From assembly GCA_019634695.1 (NCBI GenBank), contig JAHCAW010000001.1, forward strand, positions 48,328-112,327: DNA of 64,000 nt. The letters are read 5' to 3'. The DNA is from Candidatus Sumerlaeia bacterium (GTDB lineage Bacteria > Sumerlaeota > Sumerlaeia > SLMS01 > JAHLLQ01). The notes beneath the pieces are model-generated. The model was not told where the DNA came from. It made no database searches and saw nothing but the letters and a program-made list of their open reading frames with translations. The position numbers were made by a program, and so were the translations under genes. Positions 1 to 9,444 of the stretch are shown here, piece after piece (positions within the stretch are counted from its first letter, which is position 1; the number at the start of each line of letters is the position of its first letter).

Positions 1-2
1 TC

Positions 3-110
3 CGCGACCACCGCGAGATCATGGTGATCGACACGAAGGACGATCAGGAAGCCGTCGCGCAGGCGTGGATGCTGGCGCGGGCGCTGAACGTGCGCGTCAA
101 CAATCGCTGA
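3..110 (+). CDS. 3' end of an unidentified gene (partial; ...ARALNVRVNNR*)
   Basis: The frame is open to the left edge with strongly G/C-biased third positions. TGA lies at 108-110, just upstream of the next gene's start. Confidence 0.4.
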   Translation, partial: RDHREIMVIDTKDDQEAVAQAWMLARALNVRVNNR

Positions 111-126
111 GCCGCAAGGGAGCACC

Positions 127-1254
127 ATGCCGCACGTCGTTCATGTCTACAAGGACACCTGGCCCCCGGTCGTCGGGGGCATCGAACGGTGCATCTCGTG
201 GATGGCCGAGGGGCTGGTGCGCGACCATGGCTACGAGGTGACGGTGCTCGTGAATGCGCGGTCGCGCACGACGCGCGAGCGCGAGCACGACGGCGCGCGC
301 ATCATCGAGGTGGGCGAGTGGGGGCGCGCCTTCTCCGCGCCGCTGTCACCCGCGTTTCCCCTCGCGATGCGCCGCCTCAAGGCCGACATTTGGCACTTCC
401 ACCTGCCGAACCCAACCGGCGACGTCTCGTGGCTGATGGCACGGCCCAAGGGCGCCGTCGTCGCCACGTATCACAGCGACATCGTGCGCCAGCGCTGGGC
501 ACTGGCGGCCTACCAACCGTTCCTGAACGCCTTCCTGCGGCGGTGCGACGTCATCATGCCGACGTCGCCGCGGTTGATCGAATCGTCGCCGACGCTGCAA
601 CACTTCCGCGACCGCTGCGTGCCGGTGCCGCTCGGCATGCCGCTGGCCAAGTACGAACGCACGGCCGAGGCCGCCGCCCGCGCCCGCGAGGTCAAGCGCG
701 CCCACAAGGGCTTCCCACTTCTCGTCTTCGTCGGCGTGCTGCGCTACTACAAGGGACTTCAGTTCCTCATCTCGGCGCTTCGTGGCCTGCCGCACGTGCA
801 TGCAGTGCTGATCGGCGACGGCCCGGAGCGCGAGGGGCTCGGCAACCTCGCGCGCGAACTCGGCGTCGACGACCGCGTCTCCTTCACCGGCTTCCTCGAC
901 GACGAGCAGATGATCGCGCACCTGCACGCCGCCGACGTCTATGTGCTGCCCAGCCATCTGTCGGCCGAGGCGTATGGGCTCTCGCAAATCGAGGCCATGG
1001 CCGCCGGCCTGCCCGTCGTCTGCTGCGACCTGCCGACCGGTGTGCCGTTCGTCAACGTGCACGGCGAAACCGGCCTCGTCGTGCTGCCGGCCAGCGACAC
1101 CGCGCTCGCCGAGGCCATCGCCGAGCTCCTCTCAAACCAATCACGCCGCCTCCGCATGGCCGAAGCCGCCTGGCGCCGCGCCCACGAGGAGTTCAGCGTC
1201 GACCGCATGATCTCCCGCCTCGTCGACGTGTACGCCGGCCTGAAGAAACGATAG
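127..1254 (+). CDS. Glycosyltransferase family 4 (GT-B fold)
   Basis: 375 aa. The N-terminus HVYKDTWPPVVGGIE and the C-terminal EAYGLSQIEAMAAGLPVV..GETGL (E-x7-E region) are typical of GT4 enzymes. Confidence 0.85.
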   Translation: MPHVVHVYKDTWPPVVGGIERCISWMAEGLVRDHGYEVTVLVNARSRTTREREHDGARIIEVGEWGRAFSAPLSPAFPLAMRRLKADIWHFHLPNPTGDVSWLMARPKGAVVATYHSDIVRQRWALAAYQPFLNAFLRRCDVIMPTSPRLIESSPTLQHFRDRCVPVPLGMPLAKYERTAEAAARAREVKRAHKGFPLLVFVGVLRYYKGLQFLISALRGLPHVHAVLIGDGPEREGLGNLARELGVDDRVSFTGFLDDEQMIAHLHAADVYVLPSHLSAEAYGLSQIEAMAAGLPVVCCDLPTGVPFVNVHGETGLVVLPASDTALAEAIAELLSNQSRRLRMAEAAWRRAHEEFSVDRMISRLVDVYAGLKKR

Positions 1255-1322
1255 CGCCGCCTCCGCATCGCGCACTGCCGGGAAGCGCAACTGTAGGCTG
1301 CGAGAGACCAAGAATGAATAGG

Positions 1323-1350
1323 TCTTATGGGTCCCATGGGACCCATAAGA
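1323..1350 (+). terminator. Perfect 28-nt palindrome (tcttatgggtcc catg ggacccataaga), possible terminator hairpin
   Basis: 12-bp arms and a 4-nt loop read directly, about 70 nt after the GT4 stop. No T-tract follows, so terminator function is uncertain. Confidence 0.35.
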
Positions 1351-1634
1351 CACCGTCGGAGAGTAGACTTCAGTACTCCGAGCGTCAGCGAGGTGGCCTG
1401 TCTGCGCCATCCAGTTGCTCCTCGTCACTCCCAACCACCACCTGCCAACTGTTGCTGAATCCCCGAGATTGTACAAAAACTATTCGATAGTCACCCGGCG
1501 GATACTCATCAAGTCGCGCAATACCACACTTCGACCATCGGCCTCGGCCGTCCTCGCCGAAGCGCCCCCAAACCGGGCATCCCCCAGACCCAGAACACCA
1601 AGAATCAAGAACTCCAGCATCAAGCATCTCCATA

Positions 1635-1698
1635 GCCAAGAACCCCCAGAGCCAAGCACCCCCAGAGCCAAGAACCCCCAGACCCAAGCGCCCCCATA
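1635..1698. repeat. 16-bp tandem repeat x4 (GCCAAGMACCCCCAGA), with degenerate copies upstream from about 1581
   Basis: Read directly: gccaagaacccccaga / gccaagcacccccaga / gccaagaacccccaga / cccaagcgcccccata. It sits in a lower-GC convergent intergenic region. Confidence 0.8.
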
Positions 1699-1893
1699 AT
1701 CACGCATCCCGAGACCAAGGAAACCTCAGATCGCGACACGCCCTCAGCGTGCTTCAGCACGCTCTTCCTTGCCCCCGGGTTCACCCGGTGGGGAAGAAGA
1801 CACAATTCCCTATTTGGAAGCACGCTTCAGCGCGCTTCCCTTTCGGAGATTCAAGTCATAATCAGGATGGCTCGGACAAACAATTCCCGATTC

Positions 1894-3417
1894 TCACGCC
1901 CGGGCGCGAGCTGCAACCAAGGACCACAGGTCTTCGAGGCTGCGCTGCCAGGCGCTTGCCCGGCTGGCAGCCGTGGCGGCGGCCGCCGCGGACTCGGTCC
2001 GGATGCGCTCGACAGACTCGCGGACGCGGTCCGGATGCGGCGAGCCGGTTTGCCCGCGCGTTGCCACCAGCAGCTTCGGATCCTCGAGCGTCCGCATCTC
2101 CGCGTCCGTGACAGGCGCCACGCCCGCATCGAGTTCCCGCAGGTGCGCATTGATGGCCTCGCCGGTGAGCACGCCGGTCGCCTCGCAGGCGCGCACCGCC
2201 CGACCCAGCACGCGATAGCAGTCCCGGAACGGCACGCCGCGCGTGCGCGCCAGAAAGTCCGCCACGTCCGTCGCGTTCAGAAAGCCCTGCGCGCAGGCCG
2301 CGTGCATGCGGTCCGCGTGCACGACAAGGCCGGCGACCACGCCGGCGAACACACGCGGCGCACCTTCGACATGCGCGGCCGCATCGAGCACGAGATACTT
2401 CGTCCACTGCGTGTCGCGGTTGTACCCCATCGGCGCGGCATGGGCGACGCCGAGCAGCGCCTGCACGACGGAGGCCGCCGCCGCGGCGCGCGCGCGCGTC
2501 ACCTCCGCGAAATCCGGATTCCGCTTTTGCGGCATGATCGAGCTGCCCGTCACGAAGGCCTCGGGCAGGCGCACCCACTCGCGCGGCGGCGAGGACAGCA
2601 GGATCAGGTCCTGGCCGAAGCCGGCCAGATGCGTCAGCAGCCGCGCGACCGCGAAGGCATACGAGGTCTCGGCCTCGCCGCGCGACCAGATCGCATCGAC
2701 GGTGCTCGCCGAGGGCTTGTCGAATCCGAGCAGGGTGGCGGTGCGCTCGCGATCGGTCGGCCAGCTCGATCCATACGACGCCGCGGCGCCGAGCGGGCAT
2801 TCGGCCACCTCGTCGAGCATCGCCGCGAACGCGCGCGTGTCGCGGGTAACGCGCGCCGCGACGGCCGCCGTCCAGTGTCCCCATGTCGCAATCATCGCCG
2901 GCTGCATGTGCGTGAAGCCCGGGCAGGGCGTCGCGACGTGTGCGAGTGCGTGATCCGCGAGCGCCTCGACGAGCGCGTGCGTTTCGGCCGCCGCCGCCGC
3001 GATGCGCTCGCGCAGCCACAGCCGCATGTCCGTCGCCACCTGGTCGTTTCGGCTGCGCCCCGTGTGCAGGCGTCCGCCCGCGCCGGCGCCGGCCAACTCG
3101 GTGACCAGTTCCTCGATGGACATGTGAATGTCCTCGGACTGCGGACGCAGCAACGGTTCGCCGGCGCGATGGCGGGCGCGCGCCTCAAGCAGCGCGGCCA
3201 GGATGCCCCGTGCCTCGTCGGGCCCGAGGATGCCGCGCTCGGCCAGCATGATCGCGTGCGCGGCGTTCGTCGCCAGGTCGTGTTCGACCAGTGCCGCGTC
3301 GGCTTCGGGCCGCGCGCGCACGTCCCACCCCGCGCAGAAGGCGACATTGTCGTCTGCGACGGCATCGTCGCCCACGCGCTTGGCCCACACGGGGCGACTG
3401 GTCGGAGGCACGCTCAT
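1894..3417 (-). CDS. argH: Argininosuccinate lyase
   Basis: 507 aa carrying the fumarate-lyase signatures GRLHTGRSRNDQVATD and GSSIMPQKRNPD. Confidence 0.95.
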   Translation of the reverse strand: MSVPPTSRPVWAKRVGDDAVADDNVAFCAGWDVRARPEADAALVEHDLATNAAHAIMLAERGILGPDEARGILAALLEARARHRAGEPLLRPQSEDIHMSIEELVTELAGAGAGGRLHTGRSRNDQVATDMRLWLRERIAAAAAETHALVEALADHALAHVATPCPGFTHMQPAMIATWGHWTAAVAARVTRDTRAFAAMLDEVAECPLGAAASYGSSWPTDRERTATLLGFDKPSASTVDAIWSRGEAETSYAFAVARLLTHLAGFGQDLILLSSPPREWVRLPEAFVTGSSIMPQKRNPDFAEVTRARAAAAASVVQALLGVAHAAPMGYNRDTQWTKYLVLDAAAHVEGAPRVFAGVVAGLVVHADRMHAACAQGFLNATDVADFLARTRGVPFRDCYRVLGRAVRACEATGVLTGEAINAHLRELDAGVAPVTDAEMRTLEDPKLLVATRGQTGSPHPDRVRESVERIRTESAAAAATAASRASAWQRSLEDLWSLVAARARA

Positions 3418-3433
3418 GGGGCGCCGGGCGATC

Positions 3434-4180
3434 CTATTCGAACAGCGACTTCTCGTGCAGCAGCGGCACCTTCTCGTTCAGGTGCTTGACGACGTTGTTC
3501 AGGAAGTTCTCGAGGTCGGCCGTGCTGAGGTCGTAGGGCTCCTCGGCCAGCGTGTTGATGTCCACCTTGATGCCGAGTGCCAGGTCGGGGCTGCCCTGCT
3601 GCTGGGTGCGGATCGGGTGGATGTGGATGCGGCGGTTGACGGACAGGCCGTCCTCCAGCGCGGGGCGTGAATGCGTCTGGATCTGAAGCTCGAGCAGGCG
3701 CTCGCCGAAGTGGTTGCCGGGGGCGAGCAGGGCGCGCTGCATGCGCTGGTTGGCGCTCGAGGCGGTGCCGGCGATGAAATCGGTCAGCACGCCGACGCGC
3801 GAGGCGGTGGCGCCGAAGTGTTCGCTCAGCGTGGTGTGGATGCGCATGGCCTGCGGGATGAAGCGCTCGAAGGACTCGACGAGGCCGAGGGTGCGCATGG
3901 TCGGCTGGCCCTGCTCGTTCTGGCCGATGTCGCCGGGCATCATGCGGAACTCGACTTTGGCGGGGCCGACATCGAGCACTAGGCGCTGGTCGCGCGAGGC
4001 GAAGCGCACGCGCGGCACGTCCGGCGGCGCGTTCGGCGGCACCTGCCCGAAGGCCGGCTCGGCGTCCAGCTCCGTCAGCCGCCACGGCAGCGCCTGGGCG
4101 AAGTTCTGCATGTCCTTCACGTCGAATTTGCGCAGAAAGAGGCCCAGAAGGATTCCGGTGACCTGGTAGTTCGGCAGCAT
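3434..4180 (-). CDS. Hypothetical protein (248 aa), function unknown
   Basis: Uninterrupted ORF with very high GC3, located 16 nt upstream of argH on the same strand. I recognise no motif. Confidence 0.7.
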   Translation of the reverse strand: MLPNYQVTGILLGLFLRKFDVKDMQNFAQALPWRLTELDAEPAFGQVPPNAPPDVPRVRFASRDQRLVLDVGPAKVEFRMMPGDIGQNEQGQPTMRTLGLVESFERFIPQAMRIHTTLSEHFGATASRVGVLTDFIAGTASSANQRMQRALLAPGNHFGERLLELQIQTHSRPALEDGLSVNRRIHIHPIRTQQQGSPDLALGIKVDINTLAEEPYDLSTADLENFLNNVVKHLNEKVPLLHEKSLFE

Positions 4181-4267
4181 GAGCGCCTCCTGGCGATGGG
4201 TGCCCCACCCCGCGGGGACGGGCGTCGGCAGTCAAGGAGCCGGCCCGCCCCCGGCGCAACCCCAACC

Positions 4268-5599
4268 TCACGCCGGCGGATGCACCATCGCCGCCGGAAA
4301 CCGCGCCGTGTGAATCGCCGCGTCCACCGCCGTCGCCAACACCGGCTGCCGCTCCAGAAACTTCGTGAACGTCGTGTGAAGCACGTAGTACTTCTCCACG
4401 TTCAGCAGCGCCTCCTCGACCGTCGCGTCGGAGGCCACCGTCTCGCCCCGCTCGGCCATCAGCCCCGTCAAGTACCACCGCACCAGCGCGAAGTGCAGCA
4501 GCATGAACCGGTGGCCCGCCCGGATCGTCTCCGCCAGGAGCAGGTCCTTGCGGAACAGCACATGGCGGAAGTAGCGCGTCAGCAACTCATCGGCGAAGGA
4601 CCCTGGCGTCAGGTCCGCCCGACGCGTGCGGAAATCGGCATAGTGGAACCGCCGCTCGAGCGGCAGCAGCCGAATGCCGGCGGCACCCGCCGCATGCAAC
4701 GTGTAGTGGCGCAGCAACGTCATCAGCGCCCGCGCCCGCGTGGCGTCGCGCCACAGCGCCTGGCGGAAGGTCGTCACCAGTCCGACGAACGCGCGGTGCA
4801 CCATCGGTGCCGGCTTGCGGCGCTGCGCCATCAGCAGCAGCGGTCCCCAGTTGTCGCGCCGGAATCGCTCGGTCAGCGCGGCGACCAGTTCGACGTCGCT
4901 GGCCGTGCCTGCCGCGCGCCGTTCGTCGTCCGTCAGCCGCACCGCCGCGCCGGGCATGGCGCGGGCCGTCTCGAGCGCGCGCGTCGTCAGGTCGATCAGG
5001 ATCGACTGCGCCAGCAGGCGCAGCGGCAACGGGTGGCGGGGTTGGGCGAGGATCTCGTCGAGCGCGCGCTCGAGCTCGACGGCTGCCTCGAAGGCGATCT
5101 CCAGCCGCGCGGTCAGGCGCGGTTGCGCCGCCGTGCGCGAGACGTGCACGCGCTCGCGGTAGTTCTCCGCCAGCTCGTCGCGCTTCTCGACCAGCAGTCG
5201 GCCGCTGTTCCGCCGCACCGCCGTGCACGCGAACGTCACGCCGGCGAACGTGCCGCCCGGCGTGTCCACAAAGCGATACGGGAAGTCGATGCAGACCTGC
5301 GGCTTCTCCTTCGGCCCCAGCGCCGCGTGCAGCGCGCACGTGCGGTCGTCGCACAGGAAGGTGCAGAAGTCGCCGACGCGGCGCAGCGCGCGCCCGCCCT
5401 TGTCGAAGGCGCTGTCCACAAAGGGCGTCTCGCCCTGCGCGCGCTGCTGGTGCGCGGCAAGGTCGTGGCGTTGCAGGCGCCGTTCGGAATCCTCGTCGAC
5501 CGGAATCTCCCAGAAGTCCGTGCAGCCGCGCCCGCACTGCACGCAATCGTAGTGCTGGCCCTCGGGGATATGCAGGCGATCGGCGGATGGGCGTGTCAT
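4268..5599 (-). CDS. YkgJ-family Cys-cluster (CxxCxxCC-type zinc/iron-chelating) domain protein with a long C-terminal extension
   Basis: The start MTRPSADRL overlaps the upstream stop by 4 nt. It carries the motifs YDCVQCGRGCTDFWE and FCTFLCDDRTCALH..KPQVCIDFPYRF. This is the in-frame tail of the over-long 4268..7351 track ORF. Confidence 0.7.
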   Translation of the reverse strand: MTRPSADRLHIPEGQHYDCVQCGRGCTDFWEIPVDEDSERRLQRHDLAAHQQRAQGETPFVDSAFDKGGRALRRVGDFCTFLCDDRTCALHAALGPKEKPQVCIDFPYRFVDTPGGTFAGVTFACTAVRRNSGRLLVEKRDELAENYRERVHVSRTAAQPRLTARLEIAFEAAVELERALDEILAQPRHPLPLRLLAQSILIDLTTRALETARAMPGAAVRLTDDERRAAGTASDVELVAALTERFRRDNWGPLLLMAQRRKPAPMVHRAFVGLVTTFRQALWRDATRARALMTLLRHYTLHAAGAAGIRLLPLERRFHYADFRTRRADLTPGSFADELLTRYFRHVLFRKDLLLAETIRAGHRFMLLHFALVRWYLTGLMAERGETVASDATVEEALLNVEKYYVLHTTFTKFLERQPVLATAVDAAIHTARFPAAMVHPPA

Positions 5600-7311
5600 G
5601 TCGGTGGCGTCGCATCCATGCGGTTGCGCGCGGCAATCGGCCTGCCGCGCAGGAAGTTGGGCTCGGGTGCCGGCGCCGGCCGCGGACGCAGCAGGCGCCG
5701 CATGTGCCGCGCGAAGGACTTCACCGATGCCTCGGCGCGATACCACGCCTTCACCAGCAGTCCCTCGCGTGCCATGGCGTTCGCCGCGTTGCCCCCGTTG
5801 ATCCCCCATGCCACGAAGCACACGCGGCACTCGTGGCGCGGAATCGGGCTGTTCACCCGCCACCGCAGCAGGCGATACCGCCAGCCGTTCCAGATCGCGC
5901 GAAACGGACGTTCGGCCACGTTGCCCAGATACTGCCCGCTCGCGCAGCACGGCGTCACGCGCCCGTCCGTGTGAATGTAGGGCTCGCGCCACGGACTGTT
6001 GCAGCGCTGGGCGAAGCGATCGCGAGCCGGCAGCACGCGCCCGTCCGGCAACCACTTCCGCCAACCGCTCCTCGCCGCCGTGCCTGCATTCGGCGCTTCG
6101 TACGGCGGCGGCGTCGTCAGGTGCACACCCAACTCCGTCGCCACGCACCGCGCTTCGTCCAGCCGCGCATTCGCCCGCGCCGCGTCGTGCCGCAGCGACT
6201 GCTCGTCGTACTCGTTGGCGTTCGGCGCGTAGTCCGCCACGTGCACCTGGCCGATGCCGAAGCGATGCGCCAGCCGCACGACGTCGGGCAGCTCGTCGAT
6301 GTTGCGGCGCAACGCCACGAAGATGAACCCGAACCGCGAGAAGAAGCGCGACAGGTGGATGTCGCGCAGCTTGGCGATCATGGCCAGCTTCTCGATCGTC
6401 AGGTCGAAGCTCGATCCGGCGCGGATTTCCTCGAAGGTTCCGCGCGTGGCCCCGTCGATCGAGATCGAGATGTCCACCGGGCAGCGCGTCAGGTGCTCGA
6501 TGCGGTCGAAGTTCAGCAGCGACGCGTTCGTCACGAAGTGCACCAGCGATCCGTTCTCGATCGCCAGGCTCAGGATGCCGTCGAAGTTCTCCGCCATCGT
6601 CGGCTCGCCGAAGCCTGTGATGCTGATGCGCCCGTTGGTCGGCATCACGTCGTCGCGCACGCGATCCATGATCGGCCCGCGCAGGTCCTCCGCGTGATAC
6701 GGGCCGTAGCCCTTCACGCAGGTGCGGCAGTAGAAGTTGCACTTCGTCGTGCTCTCCAGATACAGCGCGGGGGGCATCGACTCGAGGCGCAGGCGTCGCT
6801 GCGCGATTTCGCGGCGGTTCAGCTCCTCGTTCGTGCGCTGGAGGTCCGTCGGCTCGCGCCGTTGCGGCACGTAGCGTTCCGCCCGCCGCCCCGAGGCCGA
6901 CTCGCGCCGTCGCAGGTGCTGCACATAGCGAACGCCCATCGTGGCGTCGGCGCATTCGGGCATCTCGCCGAGCACCGCGCGGTAGGTTGCCTCGGCCTCG
7001 TCCAGCCGCCCGAGATTGACGAGGCGGTCGCCAATGCGCCAGCGCATCTCGAGGTCGCCCGGCCGCACGCGCAGGGCCTGCTCGTACAGTTCGATCGCCC
7101 GCTCGTGCCGGCCCGCGTGGGCCTGTGCCCACGCCAGATGCCCGATGACCTCGACGGCCCCCGGCGCCTCCGCCAGCAGCGCCTCGAGATCCGCGATTCC
7201 GTCGCTCTCGCCCGCCCGCATGCGCGCCAGCACCCCCTCCAGGCGCGCGCGCGCCTCGGGCGACAACTCCGCGGTGAGACAGGGTCCGGTCGTCACGATG
7301 CCCTCCGGCAT
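5596..7311 (-). CDS. Radical SAM / SPASM-domain enzyme with N-terminal TPR repeats
   Basis: Carries the CNFYCRTC (CxxxCxxC) cluster and GFGEPT. The C-terminal CNSPW..GRVTPCCAS..CRVC region is SPASM/twitch-like, and the N-terminal about 150 aa is TPR-like. The start at MPEGIV leaves a 109-nt divergent intergenic region; the alternative start at 7422 is less likely. Confidence 0.8.
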   Translation of the reverse strand: MPEGIVTTGPCLTAELSPEARARLEGVLARMRAGESDGIADLEALLAEAPGAVEVIGHLAWAQAHAGRHERAIELYEQALRVRPGDLEMRWRIGDRLVNLGRLDEAEATYRAVLGEMPECADATMGVRYVQHLRRRESASGRRAERYVPQRREPTDLQRTNEELNRREIAQRRLRLESMPPALYLESTTKCNFYCRTCVKGYGPYHAEDLRGPIMDRVRDDVMPTNGRISITGFGEPTMAENFDGILSLAIENGSLVHFVTNASLLNFDRIEHLTRCPVDISISIDGATRGTFEEIRAGSSFDLTIEKLAMIAKLRDIHLSRFFSRFGFIFVALRRNIDELPDVVRLAHRFGIGQVHVADYAPNANEYDEQSLRHDAARANARLDEARCVATELGVHLTTPPPYEAPNAGTAARSGWRKWLPDGRVLPARDRFAQRCNSPWREPYIHTDGRVTPCCASGQYLGNVAERPFRAIWNGWRYRLLRWRVNSPIPRHECRVCFVAWGINGGNAANAMAREGLLVKAWYRAEASVKSFARHMRRLLRPRPAPAPEPNFLRGRPIAARNRMDATPPT

Positions 7312-7420
7312 GTCGAGGACGGTAGGGCGGGCCGGACGGACGCGCAAGCACGGGGATGCGGACGAACCTGTCCTTGTCCCACGGCGGCTGACGGCGTCAT
7401 GCTGGCGGCGGAGGTTCGTC

Positions 7421-7825
7421 ATGGCGGCACCCCACGACGAGTTCGCCCCGTTCGCCCGCGCGCTGGTTGGCCAGGTGCCGGCGGCCAAGTTCCGCCAGCG
7501 CTACGTCGCCGGCTGCCGCGCCTGCTTTGGCGAGCCCGCCCCCGAGTCCGCCGCCCTGGCCCTTGCCCGCCGGCGCCCCTGGGCGGTCACGCCGCTCGAC
7601 GCCGCCTGCGGCATCCTGCGTCCCCGCGACCCGCTGCGCCAGCGCCTGCTGCTCCTGACGGCCATCCTCGAGGCCTCGCCCGAGTACGCCGACCACTTCC
7701 TGCCCCGCCGACTGTCGTGGTTCGGCCTGTTGGTGCTCCTGCCCGCCCGGGTCGCGCTCGCCGGCCTGCGCGCCGTCGTCGGGATCGCCCTGCTGCTCAC
7801 CGTTGCCGAGGTCCAGCGCCCGTGA
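7421..7825 (+). CDS. Small hypothetical protein with a C-terminal transmembrane segment (134 aa)
   Basis: ATG at 7421. It has a hydrophobic tail WFGLLVLLPARVALAGLRAVVGIALLL. Its stop overlaps the GTG start of the next gene (GTGA). Confidence 0.5.
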   Translation: MAAPHDEFAPFARALVGQVPAAKFRQRYVAGCRACFGEPAPESAALALARRRPWAVTPLDAACGILRPRDPLRQRLLLLTAILEASPEYADHFLPRRLSWFGLLVLLPARVALAGLRAVVGIALLLTVAEVQRP

Positions 7826-9444
7826 TCGAGGCCGATGTCATCGTCGTCGGGTCGGGCGCCAGCGGCGTTCAGGCGGCCTGGGCGCTCGCCGAAGCGGGCC
7901 ACGCCGTCGCCCTCGTCGATGTCGGCGAGCGCGACCGCCACTACGCCCCCCTCATCCCTCCACTCGACTTCCTCACCCTGCGCCGCACCGACCCGGACCA
8001 GCACCGCATCTTTCTCGGCGACGACTTCGAGGGGGTCCCGTTCGGTCCCGTCCGCGTCGGCGCCCAACTCACTCCGCCCCGCCAGTACCTGACCCGCCGT
8101 GCCGACGAGCTGGCGCCCGTGCTCGCCGACGATGGCTTCGCCGCCATGCGCAGCCTTGCCCTCGGCGGGCTCGCCGCCGGCTGGGGCGCCGCCTCGCTCC
8201 CCTGGCTCGACGAGGAACTCGCCGACTTCCCCTTCGGCCGTGCCGACCTGCAACCGCACTACGACCGCGTCGCCGCCCGCGTCGGCATCTGCGGCGCGTC
8301 CGACGACCTGCTTGCCGTGCTCGGGCCGCTCGATCCGCTGCTGCCGCCGGCGCCGCTCGATTCCAACGCCGCCGCCGTCCTGCGCCGCTACGGCCGCCGC
8401 CGCGCGAGCTTCCGCCGGCGCGGGCTCCACGTCGGGCGCGCCCGCCTGGCGCTCGCCACCCGCCCCTTCCGCGGCCGCGGCCCCTGCCCGCTCGACGACA
8501 TGGACTTCTGGGCCGACGGCGCCCGCGCGGTCTACCGACCCCGCTTCACTGTCGAGGAACTCGAGGAGCGCTTCCCGCGCTTCAGGTACCTCCCGGGGCT
8601 GTTTGCCGAAACGTTTCGCGAAAACACCGCCGAACAGTACGTGGAACTCGACTGCCGCGCCTTGCACGACGGCTCGCGCGCATGCCTGCGCGGCCGGCGG
8701 CTTGTGCTCGCCGGAGGCGTCTTCGGCACCGCCCGGGTCGTCCTCCAGTCCCTCGGCGCCGTCGGCCGGCCCCGCCCCCTGCTCTCCAACGCCTACACCT
8801 ACTTCCCGGCCCTCGATCTCAACCTCGTCGGCAAACCAGTCCGCGACCGTCGCCACAGCCTCTCCCAGCTCTGCATGGCCTACGACCCCGACGGCACCCG
8901 CCGCCATATGGTCAGCGCCCAGCTCTACTCGTACCGCTCGCTCCTGCTCTTCAAGCTCGTCAAGGAATCTATGTTGTCGCATGCCGACTCCATCCGCGTC
9001 CTGCGGCAACTGAGCGACCTGCTCGTGATCCTGGGTGTCCATCACGAGGACCGCCCCGAGCCGGGCAAGTGGCTCGCCCTGCGGCCCGCCGCCGAAGGGG
9101 CGGTGCCGGCGCTTGAAGTCCACCACCAGTCCTCCCCGCGCACCCTCGCCCGGCAGGCCCGGGACGAACGGCGCATGCGGCGCTTCCTGCTCGAGCTGGG
9201 CTGTCTGCCGCTCGGCGCCGTCCGTCCGGGCGCCGGCTCCAGCATCCACTACGCCGGCACCTTCCCGATGCGCACGCGCGGCGGACCGCTAACCTGCACG
9301 CCCGACGGCCGCCTGCGGGCCACGCGCCTGGTGCATCTGGCCGACGGGTCCGGGTTCCCGACGCTGCCAGCCAAGGGACTAACCTTGACGTTGATGGCAA
9401 ACGCGGACCGCGTCGGCCGCGCCGTGGCGGAGCAGCTTCCATGA
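7822..9444 (+). CDS. GMC-family FAD-dependent oxidoreductase
   Basis: Has the N-terminal Rossmann motif DVIVVGSGASGVQAAWALAEAG and a C-terminal GSSIHYAGT..ADGSGFP..LTLMANADR region typical of GMC C-domains. This is the in-frame tail of track ORF 4807..9444. Confidence 0.8.
   Translation: MIEADVIVVGSGASGVQAAWALAEAGHAVALVDVGERDRHYAPLIPPLDFLTLRRTDPDQHRIFLGDDFEGVPFGPVRVGAQLTPPRQYLTRRADELAPVLADDGFAAMRSLALGGLAAGWGAASLPWLDEELADFPFGRADLQPHYDRVAARVGICGASDDLLAVLGPLDPLLPPAPLDSNAAAVLRRYGRRRASFRRRGLHVGRARLALATRPFRGRGPCPLDDMDFWADGARAVYRPRFTVEELEERFPRFRYLPGLFAETFRENTAEQYVELDCRALHDGSRACLRGRRLVLAGGVFGTARVVLQSLGAVGRPRPLLSNAYTYFPALDLNLVGKPVRDRRHSLSQLCMAYDPDGTRRHMVSAQLYSYRSLLLFKLVKESMLSHADSIRVLRQLSDLLVILGVHHEDRPEPGKWLALRPAAEGAVPALEVHHQSSPRTLARQARDERRMRRFLLELGCLPLGAVRPGAGSSIHYAGTFPMRTRGGPLTCTPDGRLRATRLVHLADGSGFPTLPAKGLTLTLMANADRVGRAVAEQLP

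Noticed and set aside
1415-1699. 94-aa ORF spanning the 16-bp tandem repeat.
   Set aside because: The repeat period of 16 is not a multiple of 3. The translation is low-complexity Pro/Ser/Arg and no RBS is present.
4807-7821. The upstream 3 kb of the 1545-aa track ORF 4807..9444, and the N-terminal parts of 4268..7351, 11384..13474, 33767..36700, 38779..41433, 40236..41957 and 41482..44826.
   Set aside because: Only the C-terminal portions have recognisable domains, RBS-like sequences or signal peptides. The upstream parts overlap well-supported genes on the other strand or in another frame.
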